From: Eledone cirrhosa
Taxonomy: Eukaryota
Direction: 5' to 3'
Assembly (NCBI GenBank): GCA_964016885.1
Contig: OZ024756.1
Span: 4,774,001 to 4,838,000 of the forward strand
Length of the DNA: 64,000 bases
Shown: positions 39,951 to 53,500 of the stretch, one piece after another
Layout of the letters: every line of letters starts with the position of its first letter
How positions within the stretch are numbered: the stretch's first letter is position 1
The notes under the pieces: generated by a model
The model's database searches: none
What the model saw: the letters and a program-made list of their open reading frames with translations, nothing else
Told to the model about the DNA's origin: nothing
Translations under genes and position numbers: made by a program

Positions 39951-42900
39951 TATTTTTATATAGTGTGTGGTACTCAGTTAAGTATCTTTATATAGTGTGT
40001 GGTACTGTGGTAAATATCTTTATATAGTGTGTGGTACTGTGTTAAATATCTTTATATAGTGTGTGGTACTGTGGTAAATATCTTTATATAGTGTGTGGTA
40101 CTGTAGTAAATATCTTTATATAGTGTGTGGTACTGTGTTAAATATCTTTATATAGTGTGTGGTACTGTGTTAAATATCTTTATATAGTGTGTGGTACTGA
40201 GTTAAATATCTTTATATAGTGTGTGGTACTGTGTTAAATATCTTTATATAGTGTGTGGTACTGTGTTAAATATCTTTATATAGTGTGTGGTACTGTGTTA
40301 AATATATTTATATAGTGTGTGGTACTGTGGTAAATATCTTTATATAGTGTGTGGTACTGTGTTAAATATCTTTATATAGTGTGTGGTACTGAGTTAAATA
40401 TCTTTATATAGTGTGTGGTACTGTGGTAAATATCTTTATATAGTGTGTGGTACTGAGTTAAATATCTTTATATAGTGTGTGGTACTGTGGTAAATATCTG
40501 TATATAGTGTGTGGTACTGAGTTAAATATCTTTATATAGTGTGTGGTACTCAGTAAAATATCTTTATATAGTGTGTGGTACTGAGTTAAATATCTTTATA
40601 TAGTGTGTGGTACTGTGGTAAATATCTTTATATTGTGTGTGGTACTGTGGTAAATATCTTTATATAGTGTGTGGTACTGTGGTAAATATCTTTATATAGT
40701 GTGTGGTACTGAGTTAAATATCTTTATATAGTGTGTGGTACTGTGTTAAATATCTTTATATAGTGTGTGGTACTGTGGTAAATATCTTTATAAAGTGTGT
40801 GGTACTGTGGTAAATATCTTTATATAGTGTGTGGTACTGAGTTAAATACTTTATATAGTGTGTGGTACTGAGTTAAATATCTTTATATAGTGTGTGGTAC
40901 TGAGTTAAATATCTTTATATAGTGTGTGGTACTGTGGTAAATATCTTTATATAGTGTGTGGTACTGAGTTAAATATCTGTATATAGTGTGTGGTACTTAG
41001 TAAAATATCTTTATATAGTGTGTTGTACTGAGTTAAATATCTTTATATAGTGTGTGGTACTGTGGTAAATATCTTTATATAGTGTGTGGTACTGTGTTAA
41101 ATATCTTTATATAGTGTGTGGTACTGAGTTAAATATCTTTATATAGTGTGTGGTACTGTGGTAATTATCTTTATGTAGTGTGTGGTACTCAGTTAAGTAT
41201 CTTTATATAGTGTGTGGTACTGTGGTAAATATCTTTATATAGTGTGTGGTACTGTGTTAAATATCTTTATATAGTGTGTGGTACTGTGGTAAATATCTTT
41301 ATATAGTGTGTGGTACTGTGGTAAATATCTTTATATAGTGTGTCGTACTGTATTAAATATCTTTATATAGTGTGTGGTACTGTGTTAAATATCTTTATAT
41401 AGTGTGTGGTACTGTGGTAAACATCTTTATATAGTGTGTGGTACTGTGGTAAATATCTTTATACAGTGTGTGGTACTGTGGTAAATATATGTATATAGTG
41501 TGTGGTACTGTGGTAAATATTTTTATATAGTGTGTGGTACTGTGGTAAATATCTTTATATAGTGTGTGGTACTGTGGTAAATATCTTTATATAGTGTGTG
41601 GTACTGTGGTAAATATCTTTATATAGTGTGTGGTACTCAGTTAAGTATCTTTATATAGTGTGTGGTACTGTGGTAAATATCTTTATATAGTGTGTGGTAC
41701 TGTGGTAAATATCTTTATATAGTGTGTGGTACTGAGTTAAATATCTTTATATAGTGTGTGGTACTGTGGTAAATATCTTTATATAGTGTGTGGTACTGAG
41801 TTAAATATCTTTATATAGTGTGTGGTACTCAGTAAAATATCTTTATATAGTGTGTGGTACTGAGTTAAATATCTTTATATAGTGTGTGGTACTGTGGTAA
41901 ATATCTTTATATAGTGTGTGGTACTGTGTTAAATATCTTTATATAGTGTGTGGTACTGAGTTAAATATCTTTATATAGTGTGTGGTACTGTGGTAATTAT
42001 CTTTATATAGTGTGTGGTACTGTGTTAAATATCTTTATATAGTGTGTGGTACTGTGTTAAATATCTTTATATAGTGTGTGGTACTGTGTTAAATATATTT
42101 ATATAGTGTGTGGTACTGTGGTAAATATCTTTATATAGTGTGTGGTACTGTGTTAAATATCTTTATATAGTGTGTGGTACTGAGTTAAATATCTTTATAT
42201 AGTGTGTGGTACTGTGGTAAATATCTTTATATAGTGTGTGGTACTGAGTTAAATATCTTTATATAGTGTGTGGTACTGTGTTAATATCTTTATATAGTGT
42301 GTGGTACTGAGTTAAATATCTTTATATAGTGTGTGGTACTGTGTTAAATATCTTTATATAGTGTGTGGTACTGAGTTAAATATCTTTATATAGTGTGTGG
42401 TACTGTGTTAAATATCTTTATATAGTGTGTGGTACTGTGTTAATATCTTTATATAGTGTGTGGTACTGTGTTAAATATCTTTATATAGTGTGTGGTACTG
42501 AGTTAAATATCTTTATATAGTGTGTGGTACTGTGTTAATATCTTTATATAGTGTGTGGTACTGTGTTAAATATCTTTATATAGTGTGTGGTACTGTGTTA
42601 AATATCTTTATATAGTGTGTGGTACTGTGTTAAATATCTTTATATAGTGTGTGATACTGTGGTAAATATCTTTATATAGTGTGTGGTACTGTGTTAAATA
42701 TCTTTATATAGTGTGTGGTACTGTGTTAAATATCTTTATATAGTGTGTGGTACTGTGGTAAATATCTTTATACAGTGTGTGGTACTGTGGTAAATATATG
42801 TATATAGTGTGTGGTACTGTGGTAAATATCTTTATATAGTGTGTGGTACTGTGGTAAATATCTTTATATAGTGTGTGGTACTGTGGTAAATATCTATATA

Positions 42901-43213
42901 TAGTGTGTGGTACTGAGTTAAATATCTTTATATAGTGTGTGGTACTGTGGTAAATATCTTTTTATAGTGTGTGGTATTGAGTTAAACATCTTTATATAGT
43001 GTGTGGTACTCAGTAAAATATCTTTATATAGTGTGTGGTACTGAGTTAAATATCTTTATATAGTGTGTGGTACTGTGGTAAATATCTTTATATAGTGTGT
43101 GGTACTGTGGTAAATATCTTTATATAGTGTGTGGTACTGTGTTAAATATCTTTATATAGTGTGTGGTACTGTGTTAAATATCTTTATATAGTGTGTGGTA
43201 CTGAGTTAAATAT
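39951..43213 (+). repeat. 32-bp satellite array, block 5 (duplicate of block 3)
   Basis: Same length and rare variants as block 3 (e.g. TGTCGTACTGTATT, GTGATACT). Confidence 0.99.
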
Positions 43214-46200
43214 GTGGGTCCCCCCTGCGTCGGGCCCATTAACCGCGTCCTCCTAAAAAACTATCCCACCCCTCCCCCAAACACCCACACAACTCTAAGC
43301 TCCCCAACCACACAATACACTGATGCCCCCACACTTCCACAAACCACCACCCCACCCAACAACCCATCCCCCACCCTAATGGAAATTGTGCAGCCCGATA
43401 CCCGGGACGCAGAGAGGTAAGTGCCTTTTCTCTTCACCACCAACATGGCTATGCTAAGAGTAGGCTGTTTAAATGCGCGTGGCCTGGGCTCAACTTGGAA
43501 GCAAGCAATGCTTCTAAATGACCTCAGGTCACAACGTATAGATGTGATAGTTATTTGCGAGGCCCGGATCAGCAACGTGCGACAGCTGGCCCCCACCTTT
43601 GATGACTTTGAGATGCACGCATCTCTCTGTCAGCCCGGAGGTGGGGGTGGAGTTGTCGTTCTGCTGCAAAAACATCTGGGTCTCGCAACACAGATGGTAC
43701 ATTTGGACCCGGAGGGTCGACTAGTGGTTCTGGACCTTGGCAGTGGTAAAGGCGGAGCGTTTAGGTTGGTAGCCGCCTACGGCCCTTTCGGGTCAATGCG
43801 GCCGGACTTCTTCCATCGTCTGGAGACTTTTCTAGGGACGTCCCGCTCCTTGCTATTAGTGGGGGACTGGAATGGTATCCTAGATGCACGCTGGGACTAC
43901 GTAGGGGCCTGCCCCGATAGAGAGGGGTGTAATAGCCTCAAAGGGTTAATCGGTCGATTTGACCTGGCCGATAGATATCGACTAGATTTTCCGACTGCGC
44001 CAACCTGGACTTGGGCAAATCGTAGCGGATCATCTAGGTCGTACCTAGATAGGTTCTTAGTTAGAATTAAGGATAAGGACTTTTTAAGTTGTCCAAAAAT
44101 GCGCATGGTTGGCTATTCAGACCACAAATTAGTGACCTGCATGGTCAACCTTGACAGAACTCATAGACAGGGCCCCGGTTACTGGAAGCTCAACTTGTCC
44201 TTGCCGGCAAGTAGAGCCTACAAGAATCGGATTAGTACGTTAGTTAAGGAACGGTTGACTGGAGCGATCGTCAACAGCAGGTGGTGGGTATCTCTAAAGA
44301 GAGAGATTAGAGTAGTCTCGATAGAATTTAGTAAGGTTCTAGCTGCGGATAGGAATAGGAAGGAAAGGGAGCTAATAGATAGAGTAGAAGAGGCAATTAG
44401 AAGCGGCGACGTGGCCAGAGTGCTAGCGTCGAGAACGGCTTTGAGCCAGTTTTTCGACGCGAAGCACGAAGGCTGCGTTGTCCGAAGTAAAATACATGCT
44501 CTAGGGAACGAGGGGACCAAAGCTGTTAGCTGGGCCCGCGTGACAGAGGCCAACAGTGGAACTAAATCCACCATCCGGTCTTTGCGAGACCTGGATGGAC
44601 GGGCGATTCTTGAGCCTAAGCAGATGTGTGAGGCCTTTCAAAGGCACTTTGCCCGACTGTTCGGGAGGGGCGGGGAGCCGGTTGGGAACGTGGACTTCGG
44701 TCCATACCTCGACGGCCTGCCGCGCCTCTCGGACAGGGAGGCGAAGTCCTGCGAGGAGCCGATTTCGGCCGCTGAGATAGAGGACGTGCTGAGCCAATGC
44801 GGCAAACGCAAATCCCCGGGTCTCGATGGTCTTCCTTACGAATTATATCTAGCTATGCCGGACTTGTTCCCCGATCTCCTCGAGGCGGTCTACTGCAACT
44901 GGCAACAGAACGGGAGAATTCCCTGTACTGTGACCAAGGGCGTAGTCACGCTAGTGAGGAAGGACGAGAACAAGGGGGACGAAATAAGTAACTTCAGGCC
45001 CATAACACTGCTAAATACAGAGTTACAGATTTTGGCCAAGGTGCTAGCAAAGAGGTTGGCGCTTGTCGTGGGCAACCTGGTGGGAGATGCACAGACATGC
45101 GCTATCCCGTCCAGGTCCATCCATGACAACCTCCACCTCATGCGATACATCATAGAGAGGGTTGGGAACGAACCCGGCTTTGGTGGGGCTCTGATCAACT
45201 TGGATCAATCTAAGGCGTTCGATAGGGTCGACCATGGTTACCTGGATGCGGTGCTAGCGGCGGCAGGCTTCGGACCCGTTTTCAGGGACTGGATCACTGC
45301 TATGCACAGCAGCCGCATCTGCTCTAGGGTCAAGGTGAACGGCTACCTCTCGGAGCCGTTCAAAATCGCGCGGTCCATCCGACAAGGGTGCCCTCTCTCC
45401 TCCCTTCTGTATGTGTTTACTCTCGAGCCACTACTGCGGAAGTTGGAGTTGTTGCAGGGCATCCCTTTGGAACCGGGATTGCGGAAAGCGGTGTCGGCCT
45501 ACGCCGATGACGTGACAGTAATGGTGTCGACGGCCTCCGAAATCGAGGCGGTCGGCACCTTACTGGAGGAGTACGAAAAGTTCACAGGGGCTAAGCTGAA
45601 CCGGGACAAGTCGATCGGTTTGCAACTCGGCACGTGGAGGGGCAGACCGATGCCCTCCGATAGCGTCGTCGGACGCTGGACGGAGGGCCCGGTGAAGTTG
45701 CTCGGGGTCTGGTTCGGACCGGACCTCCAGGTGGAGAAAAACTGGGCGGAGGTTACGAACAGGGTGTTTGCACTGACCCAGAAGTGGGCCAGTTGCAAAC
45801 TATCCCTGAAAGGTCGGGCGGAGGTGGCGAACACCTACATAGCGTCCGTCATCTACTACCGCCTGACCGTAGTGCCCTGCCCAAGGGAAACCCTCACCAA
45901 GATGGAGCGCGCGCTCTTCCAATTCCTTTGGAAGAGGCGGGCTCCTATGGTGAGGAGATCCATCTGCTGTCAACACCCTTCGAAAGGAGGGCTGGGGATG
46001 CCGTGGCTAATGATGCGTAAACACGCATTAAGGCTACGGCACCTCTACGTATTCCTCACCGGACAACCGGTGTGGGCCTCGTTTGTGAGACGAACCTTTC
46101 CCAGACTCGTCTCACTCACCGAGCTGCAATCCTATGTCAAGCAAAGACCGAGAAAACTGGGCGCCTGGCACACTGTGTGTGCCCAGGCGCTCACCGCCCT

Positions 46201-47144
46201 CTGGCAGGCGGATACGGTTATCAGTGGAGACTCCACCGCAACATTCTATAGAGGGCTGGTACGCAGCAGGTGCCACGACGCACTCGGAGAAGCCCTAGAC
46301 ATGGAGGAGGACGAACTGGCCAGCCTGTTCGGTAGGACATTCAGCCCGGGACCTATGGACAACTTCCAGAAGTCCCTGGCCTGGCAGTGCTACCGAGGGG
46401 CTTTACCCGTTCGAGAAAGGCTCTACAGACACGGGCGCCCGGGTAGGGACCCCGCCAAAAAGATCTGTCCCAGATGCGTGTGCGACGAGGAAACCGTTGC
46501 ACACGCATTAGTACACTGCTCGGGCGTAGCCGATCTGTGGGGCTATGTCGAACAACTGCTGTCAAGGGTGGGACCGATCCGGTTGGCCACCGAGTCTATT
46601 GTAATGATCAAGCCGCCTCCTCCCTTCAAAGATGAAGCAGAGGAGGTGTTTCTGTGCGTAATAGCCATGGCGAAAGAGGTTGTATGGTGGACGCGTCTGA
46701 AAGGACTGAGGTCGGGCACCTTTCTCTCTGGCCAACAACTGGTCCGTTTCTTCCGATATCATTTCGGAAGAAGGATCAGGATGGAGAGAGAGGTGCTGCA
46801 CCCCAGCCGTTTCTATGAAAGATGGGTGAAAGTGGCGAGAATGGCCCGTGTGAATGGGCCTTCACTCTACATCAGACTATAGGTGAGGAAGATGAAAGAC
46901 CAAGGGAGCACCCCTTCTCTGTGCTCCTGAGGAGAAGGGTTGCACACTTTTTTCTGGGGTGTGTGCGACCCCCCAAGGCGCCTCCTCTCTATTGAGGATT
47001 TTGTTAAAAATTTTATTTTTTGTTATATCTTATTTTATTTTTATATTTTGTTATTGCCTCCTCCTTATTGAGGACGCCTTTTTGTGTAAACTCCCCCCTT
47101 TGTACTTGTCCCACTTTTGATGCCCTAGTGGCAAATAAAAGAAA
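43214..47144 (+). mobile_element. Tx1-like retrotransposon copy 6 (duplicate of copy 4)
   Basis: Same junctions and private substitutions as copy 4 (QSYVK, HTVCA, RLATE, EAEEV), offset 15,453 bp. Confidence 0.97.
43445..46882 (+). CDS. Intact ORF2 (APE-RT-CCHC), copy 6
   Basis: Uninterrupted frame with all EN/RT catalytic motifs as in copy 4. Confidence 0.95.
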   Translation: MAMLRVGCLNARGLGSTWKQAMLLNDLRSQRIDVIVICEARISNVRQLAPTFDDFEMHASLCQPGGGGGVVVLLQKHLGLATQMVHLDPEGRLVVLDLGSGKGGAFRLVAAYGPFGSMRPDFFHRLETFLGTSRSLLLVGDWNGILDARWDYVGACPDREGCNSLKGLIGRFDLADRYRLDFPTAPTWTWANRSGSSRSYLDRFLVRIKDKDFLSCPKMRMVGYSDHKLVTCMVNLDRTHRQGPGYWKLNLSLPASRAYKNRISTLVKERLTGAIVNSRWWVSLKREIRVVSIEFSKVLAADRNRKERELIDRVEEAIRSGDVARVLASRTALSQFFDAKHEGCVVRSKIHALGNEGTKAVSWARVTEANSGTKSTIRSLRDLDGRAILEPKQMCEAFQRHFARLFGRGGEPVGNVDFGPYLDGLPRLSDREAKSCEEPISAAEIEDVLSQCGKRKSPGLDGLPYELYLAMPDLFPDLLEAVYCNWQQNGRIPCTVTKGVVTLVRKDENKGDEISNFRPITLLNTELQILAKVLAKRLALVVGNLVGDAQTCAIPSRSIHDNLHLMRYIIERVGNEPGFGGALINLDQSKAFDRVDHGYLDAVLAAAGFGPVFRDWITAMHSSRICSRVKVNGYLSEPFKIARSIRQGCPLSSLLYVFTLEPLLRKLELLQGIPLEPGLRKAVSAYADDVTVMVSTASEIEAVGTLLEEYEKFTGAKLNRDKSIGLQLGTWRGRPMPSDSVVGRWTEGPVKLLGVWFGPDLQVEKNWAEVTNRVFALTQKWASCKLSLKGRAEVANTYIASVIYYRLTVVPCPRETLTKMERALFQFLWKRRAPMVRRSICCQHPSKGGLGMPWLMMRKHALRLRHLYVFLTGQPVWASFVRRTFPRLVSLTELQSYVKQRPRKLGAWHTVCAQALTALWQADTVISGDSTATFYRGLVRSRCHDALGEALDMEEDELASLFGRTFSPGPMDNFQKSLAWQCYRGALPVRERLYRHGRPGRDPAKKICPRCVCDEETVAHALVHCSGVADLWGYVEQLLSRVGPIRLATESIVMIKPPPPFKDEAEEVFLCVIAMAKEVVWWTRLKGLRSGTFLSGQQLVRFFRYHFGRRIRMEREVLHPSRFYERWVKVARMARVNGPSLYIRL

Positions 47145-47146
47145 TA

Positions 47147-50100
47147 TATCTTTATATAGTGTGTGGTACTGTGTTAAATATCTTTATATAGTGTGTGGTA
47201 CTGTGTTAAATATCTTTATATAGTGTGTGGTACTGTGTTAAATATATTTATATAGTGTGTGGTACTGTGGTAAATATCTTTATATAGTGTGTGGTACTGT
47301 GTTAAATATCTTTATATAGTGTGTGGTACTGAGTTAAATATCTTTATATAGTGTGTGGTACTGTGGTAAATATCTTTATATAGTGTGTGGTACTGAGTTA
47401 AATATCTTTATATAGTGTGTGGTACTGTGGTAAATATCTGTATATAGTGTGTGGTACTGAGTTAAATATCTTTATATAGTGTGTGGTACTCAGTAAAATA
47501 TCTTTATATAGTGTGTGGTACTGAGTTAAATATCTTTATATAGTGTGTGGTACTGTGGTAAATATCTTTATATAGTGTGTGGTACTGTGGTAAATATCTT
47601 TATATAGTGTGTGGTACTGTGGTAAATATCTTTATATAGTGTGTGGTACTGAGTTAAATATCTTTATATAGTGTGTGGTACTGTGTTAAATATCTTTATA
47701 TAGTGTGTGGTACTGTGGTAAATATCTTTATAAAGTGTGTGGTACTGTGGTAAATATCTTTATATAGTGTGTGGTACTGTGGTAAATATCTTTATATAGT
47801 GTGTGGTACTGAGTTAAATATCTTTATATAGTGTGTGGTACTGAGTTAAATATCTTTATATAGTGTGTGGTACTGAGTTAAATATCTTTATATAGTGTGT
47901 GGTACTGTGGTAAATATCTTTATATAGTGTGTGGTACTGAGTTAAATATCTGTATATAGTGTGTGGTACTTAGTAAAATATCTTTATATAGTGTGTGGTA
48001 CTGAGTTAAATATCTTTATATAGTGTGTGGTACTGTGGTAAATATCTTTATATAGTGTGTGGTACTGTGTTAAATATCTTTATATAGTGTGTGGTACTGA
48101 GTTAAATATCTTTATATAGTGTGTGGTACTGTGGTAATTATCTTTATGTAGTGTGTGGTACTCAGTTAAGTATCTTTATATAGTGTGTGGTACTGTGGTA
48201 AATATCTTTATATAGTGTGTGGTACTGTGTTAAATATCTTTATATAGTGTGTGGTACTGTGGTAAATATCTTTATATAGTGTGTGGTACTGTGGTAAATA
48301 TCTTTATATAGTGTGTGGTACTGTGTTAAATATCTTTATATAGTGTGTGGTACTGTGTTAAATATCTTTATATAGTGTGTGGTACTGTGGTAAACATCTT
48401 TATATAGTGTGTGGTACTGTGGTAAATATCTTTATACAGTGTGTGGTACTGTGGTAAATATATGTATATAGTGTGTGGTACTGTGGTAAATATCTTTATA
48501 TAGTGTGTGGTACTGTGGTAAATATCTTTATATAGTGTGTGGTACTGTGGTAAATATCTTTATATAGTGTGTGGTACTGTGGTAAATATCTTTATATAGT
48601 GTGTGGTACTCAGTTAAATATCTTTATATAGTGTGTGGTACTGAGTTAAATATCTTTATATAGTGTGTGGTACTGTGGTAAATATCTTTATATAGTGTGT
48701 GGTACTGAGTTAAATATCTTTATATAGTGTGTGGTACTGTGGTAAATATCTGTATATAGTGTGTGGTACTGAGTTAAATATCTTTATATAGTGTGTGGTA
48801 CTCAGTAAAATATCTTTATATAGTGTGTGGTACTGAGTTAAATATCTTTATATAGTGTGTGGTACTGTGGTAAATATCTTTATATAGTGTGTGGTACTGT
48901 GGTAAATATCTTTATATAGTGTGTGGTACTGTGGTAAATATCTTTATATAGTGTGTGGTACTGAGTTAAATATCTTTATATAGTGTGTGGTACTGTGTTA
49001 AATATCTTTATATAGTGTGTGGTACTGTGGTAAATATCTTTATAAAGTGTGTGGTACTGTGGTAAATATCTTTATATAGTGTGTGGTACTGTGGTAAATA
49101 TCTTTATATAGTGTGTGGTACTGAGTTAAATATCTTTATATAGTGTGTGGTACTGAGTTAAATATCTTTATATAGTGTGTGGTACTGAGTTAAATATCTT
49201 TATATAGTGTGTGGTACTGTGGTAAATATCTTTATATAGTGTGTGGTACTGAGTTAAATATCTGTATATAGTGTGTGGTACTTAGTAAAATATCTTTATA
49301 TAGTGTGTGGTACTGAGTTAAATATCTTTATATAGTGTGTGGTACTGTGGTAAATATCTTTATATAGTGTGTGGTACTGTGTTAAATATCTTTATATAGT
49401 GTGTGGTACTGAGTTAAATATCTTTATATAGTGTGTGGTACTGTGGTAATTATCTTTATGTAGTGTGTGGTACTCAGTTAAGTATCTTTATATAGTGTGT
49501 GGTACTGTGGTAAATATCTTTATATAGTGTGTGGTACTGTGTTAAATATCTTTATATAGTGTGTGGTACTGTGGTAAATATCTTTATATAGTGTGTGGTA
49601 CTGTGGTAAATATCTTTATATAGTGTGTGGTACTGTGTTAAATATCTTTATATAGTGTGTGGTACTGTGTTAAATATCTTTATATAGTGTGTGGTACTGT
49701 GGTAAACATCTTTATATAGTGTGTGGTACTGTGGTAAATATCTTTATACAGTGTGTGGTACTGTGGTAAATATATGTATATAGTGTGTGGTACTGTGGTA
49801 AATATCTTTATATAGTGTGTGGTACTGTGGTAAATATCTTTATATAGTGTGTGGTACTGTGGTAAATATCTTTATATAGTGTGTGGTACTGTGGTAAATA
49901 TCTTTATATAGTGTGTGGTACTCAGTTAAGTATCTTTATATAGCGTGTGGTACTGTGGTAAATATCTTTATATAGTGTGTGGTACTGTGGTAAATATCTG
50001 TATATAGTGTGTGGTACTGAGTTAAATATCTTTATATAGTGTGTGGTACTGTGGTAAATATCTTTATATAGTGTGTGGTACTGGGTTAAATATCTTTATA

Positions 50101-50597
50101 TAGTGTGTGGTACTCAGTAAAATATCTTTATATAGTGTGTGGTACTGTGGTAAATATCTTTATACAGTGTGTGGTACTGTGGTAAATATCTTTATATAGT
50201 GTGTGGTACTGTGTTAAATATCTTTATATAGTGTGTGGTACTGAGTTAAATATCTTTATATAGTGTGTGGTACTGTGGTAATTATCTTTATATAGTGTGT
50301 GGTACTGTGTTAAATATGTTTATATAGTGTGTGGTACTGTGTTAAATATCTTTATATAGTGTGTGGTACTGTGGTAAATATCTTTATATAGTGTGTGGTA
50401 CTGTGTTAAATATCTTTATATAGTGTGTGGTACTGAGTTAAATATCTTTATATAGTGTGTGGTACTGTGGTAAATATCTTTATATAGTGTGTGGTACTGA
50501 GTTAAATACCTTTATATAGTGTGTGGTACTGTGGTAAATATCTTTATATAGTGTGTGGTACTGAGTTAAATATCTTTATATAGTGTGTGGTACTGTG
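47147..50597 (+). repeat. 32-bp satellite array, block 6
   Basis: Same unit; variant order matches the first half of block 4. Confidence 0.99.
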
Positions 50598-53500
50598 CAA
50601 GGGCCTAACTTCACCCAGGCAGGGGATTTCCCCCACCTCAAAATGATTAAGGCCCCACAGGACACCTATAAAACTTTAAAAAACAATTTTAAAGAGGACG
50701 TGGGTCCCCCCTACTTCGGGCCCATTAACCGCGTCCTCCTAAAAAACTATCCCACCCCCTCCCCAAACACCCTCACAACTCCAAGCTCCCCAACCACACA
50801 ACACACTGATGCCCCCACACTTCCACAAACCACCACCCCACCCAACAACCCATCCCCCACCCTAATGGAAATTGTGCAGCCCGATACCCGGGACGCAGAG
50901 AGGTAAGTGCCTTTTCTCTTCACCACCAACATGGCTATGCTAAGAGTAGGCTGTTTAAATGCGCGTGGCCTGGGCTCAACTTGGAAGCAAGCAATGCTTC
51001 TAAATGACCTCAGGTCACAACGTATAGATGTGATGGTTATTTGCGAGGCCCGGATCAGCAACGTGCGACAGCTGGCCCCCGCCTTTGATGACTTTGAGAT
51101 GCAGGCATCTCTCTGTCAGCCCGGAGGTGGGGGTGGAGTTGTCGTTCTGCTGCAAAAACATCTGGGTCTCGCAACACAGACGGTACATTTGGACCCGGAG
51201 GGTCGACTAGTGGTTCTGGACCTTGGCAGTGGTAAAGGCGGAGCGTTTAGGTTGGTAGCCGCCTACGGCCCTTTCGGGTCAATGCGGCCGGACTCCTTCC
51301 ATCGTCTGGAGACTTTTCTAGGGACGTCCCGCTCCTTGCTATTAGTGGGGGACTGGAATGGTATCCTAGATGCACGCTGGGACTACGTAGGGGCCTGCCC
51401 CGATAGAGAGGGGTGTAATAGCCTCAAAGGGTTAATCGGTCGATTTGACCTGGCCGATAGATATCGACTAGATTTTCCGACTGCGCCAACCTGGACTTGG
51501 GCAAATCGTAGCGGATCATCTAGGTCGTACCTAGATAGGTTCTTAGTTAGAATTAAGGATAAGGACTTTTTAAGTTGTCCAAAAATGCGCATGGTTGGCT
51601 ATTCAGACCACAAATTAGTGACCTGCATGGTCAACCTTGACAGAACTCATAGACAGGGCCCCGGTTACTGGAAGCTCAACTTGTCCTTGCCGGCAAGTAG
51701 AGCCTACAGGAATCGGATTAGTACGTTAGTTAAGGAACGGTTGACTGGAGCGATCGTCAACAGCAGGTGGTGGGTATCTCTAAAGAGAGAGATTAGAGTA
51801 GTCTCGATAGAATTTAGTAAGGTTCTAGCTGCGGATAGGAATAGGAAGGAAAGGGAGCTAATAGATAGAGTAGAAGAGGCAATTAGAAGAGGCGACGTGG
51901 CCAGAGTGCTAGCGTCGAGAACGGCTTTGAGCCAGTTTTTCGACGCGAAGCACGAAGGCTGCGTTGTCCGAAGTAAAATACGTGCTCTAGGGAACGAGGG
52001 GAACAAAGCTGTTAGCTGGGCCCGCGTGACAGAGGCCAACAGTGGAACTAAATCCACCATCCGGTCTTTGCGAGACCTGGATGGACGGGCGATTCTTGGG
52101 CCTAAGCAGATGTGTGAGGCCTTTCAAAGGCACTTTGCCCGACTGTTCGGGAGGGGCGGGGAGCCGGTTGGGAACGTGGACTTCGGTCCATACCTCAACG
52201 GCCTGCCGTGCCTCTCGGACAGGGAGGCGAAGTCCTGCGAGGAGCCGATTTCGGCCGCTGAGATAGAGGACGTGCTGAGCCAATGCGGCAAACGCAAATC
52301 CCCGGGTCTCGATGGTCTTCCTTACGAATTATATCTAGCTATGCCGGACTTGTTCCCCGATCTCCTCGAGGCGGTCTACTGCAACTGGCAACAGAACGGG
52401 AGAATTCCCTGTACTGTGACCAAGGGCGTAGTCACGCTAGTGAGGAAGGACGAGAACAAGGGGGACGAAATAAGTAACTTCAGGCCCATAACTCTTCTAA
52501 ATACAGAGTTACAGATTTTGGCCAAGGTGCTAGCAAAGAGGTTGGCGCTTGTCGTGGGCAACCTGGTGGGAGATGCGCAGACATGCGCTATCCCGTCCAG
52601 GTCCATCCATGACAACCTCCACCTCATGCGATACATCATAGAGAGGGTTGGGAACGAACCCGGCTTTGGTGGGGCTCTGATCAACTTGGATCAATCTAAG
52701 GCGTTCGATAGGGTCGACCATGGTTACCTGGATGCGGTGCTAGCGGCGGCAGGCTTCGGACCCGTTTTCAGGGGCTGGATCACTGCTATGCACAGCAGCC
52801 GCATCTGCTCTAGGGTCAAGGTGAACGGCTACCTCTCGGAGCCGTTCAAAATCGCGCGGTCCATCCGACAAGGGTGCCCTCTCTCCTCCCTTCTGTATGT
52901 GTTGACTCTCGAGCCACTACTGCGGAAGTTGGAGTTGTTGCAGGGCATCCCTTTGGAACCGGGATTGCGGAAAGCGGTGTCGGCCTACGCCGATGACGTG
53001 ACAGTAATGGTGTCGACTGCCTCCGAATTCGAGGCGGTCGGCACCTTACTGGAGGAGTACGAAAAGTTCACAGGGGCTAAGCTGAACCGGGACAAGTCGA
53101 TCGGTTTGCAACTCGGCACGTGGAGGGGCAGACCGATGCCCTCCGATGGCGTCGTCGGACGCTGGACGGAGGGCCCGGTGAAGTTGCTCGGGGTCTGGTT
53201 CGGACCGGACCTCCAGGTGGAGAAAAACTGGGCGGAGGTTACGAACAGGGTGTTTGCACTGACCCAGAAGTGGGCCAGTTGCAAACTATCCCTGAAAGGT
53301 CGGGCGGAGGTGGCGAACACCTACATAGCGTCCGTCATCTACTACCGCCTGACCGTAGTGCCCTGCCCAAGGGAAACCCTCACCAAGATGGAGCGCGCGC
53401 TCTTCCAATTCCTTTGGAAGAGGCGGGCTCCTATGGTGAGGAGATCCATCTGCTGTCAACACCCTTCGAAAGGAGGGCTGGGGATGCCGTGGCTAATGAT

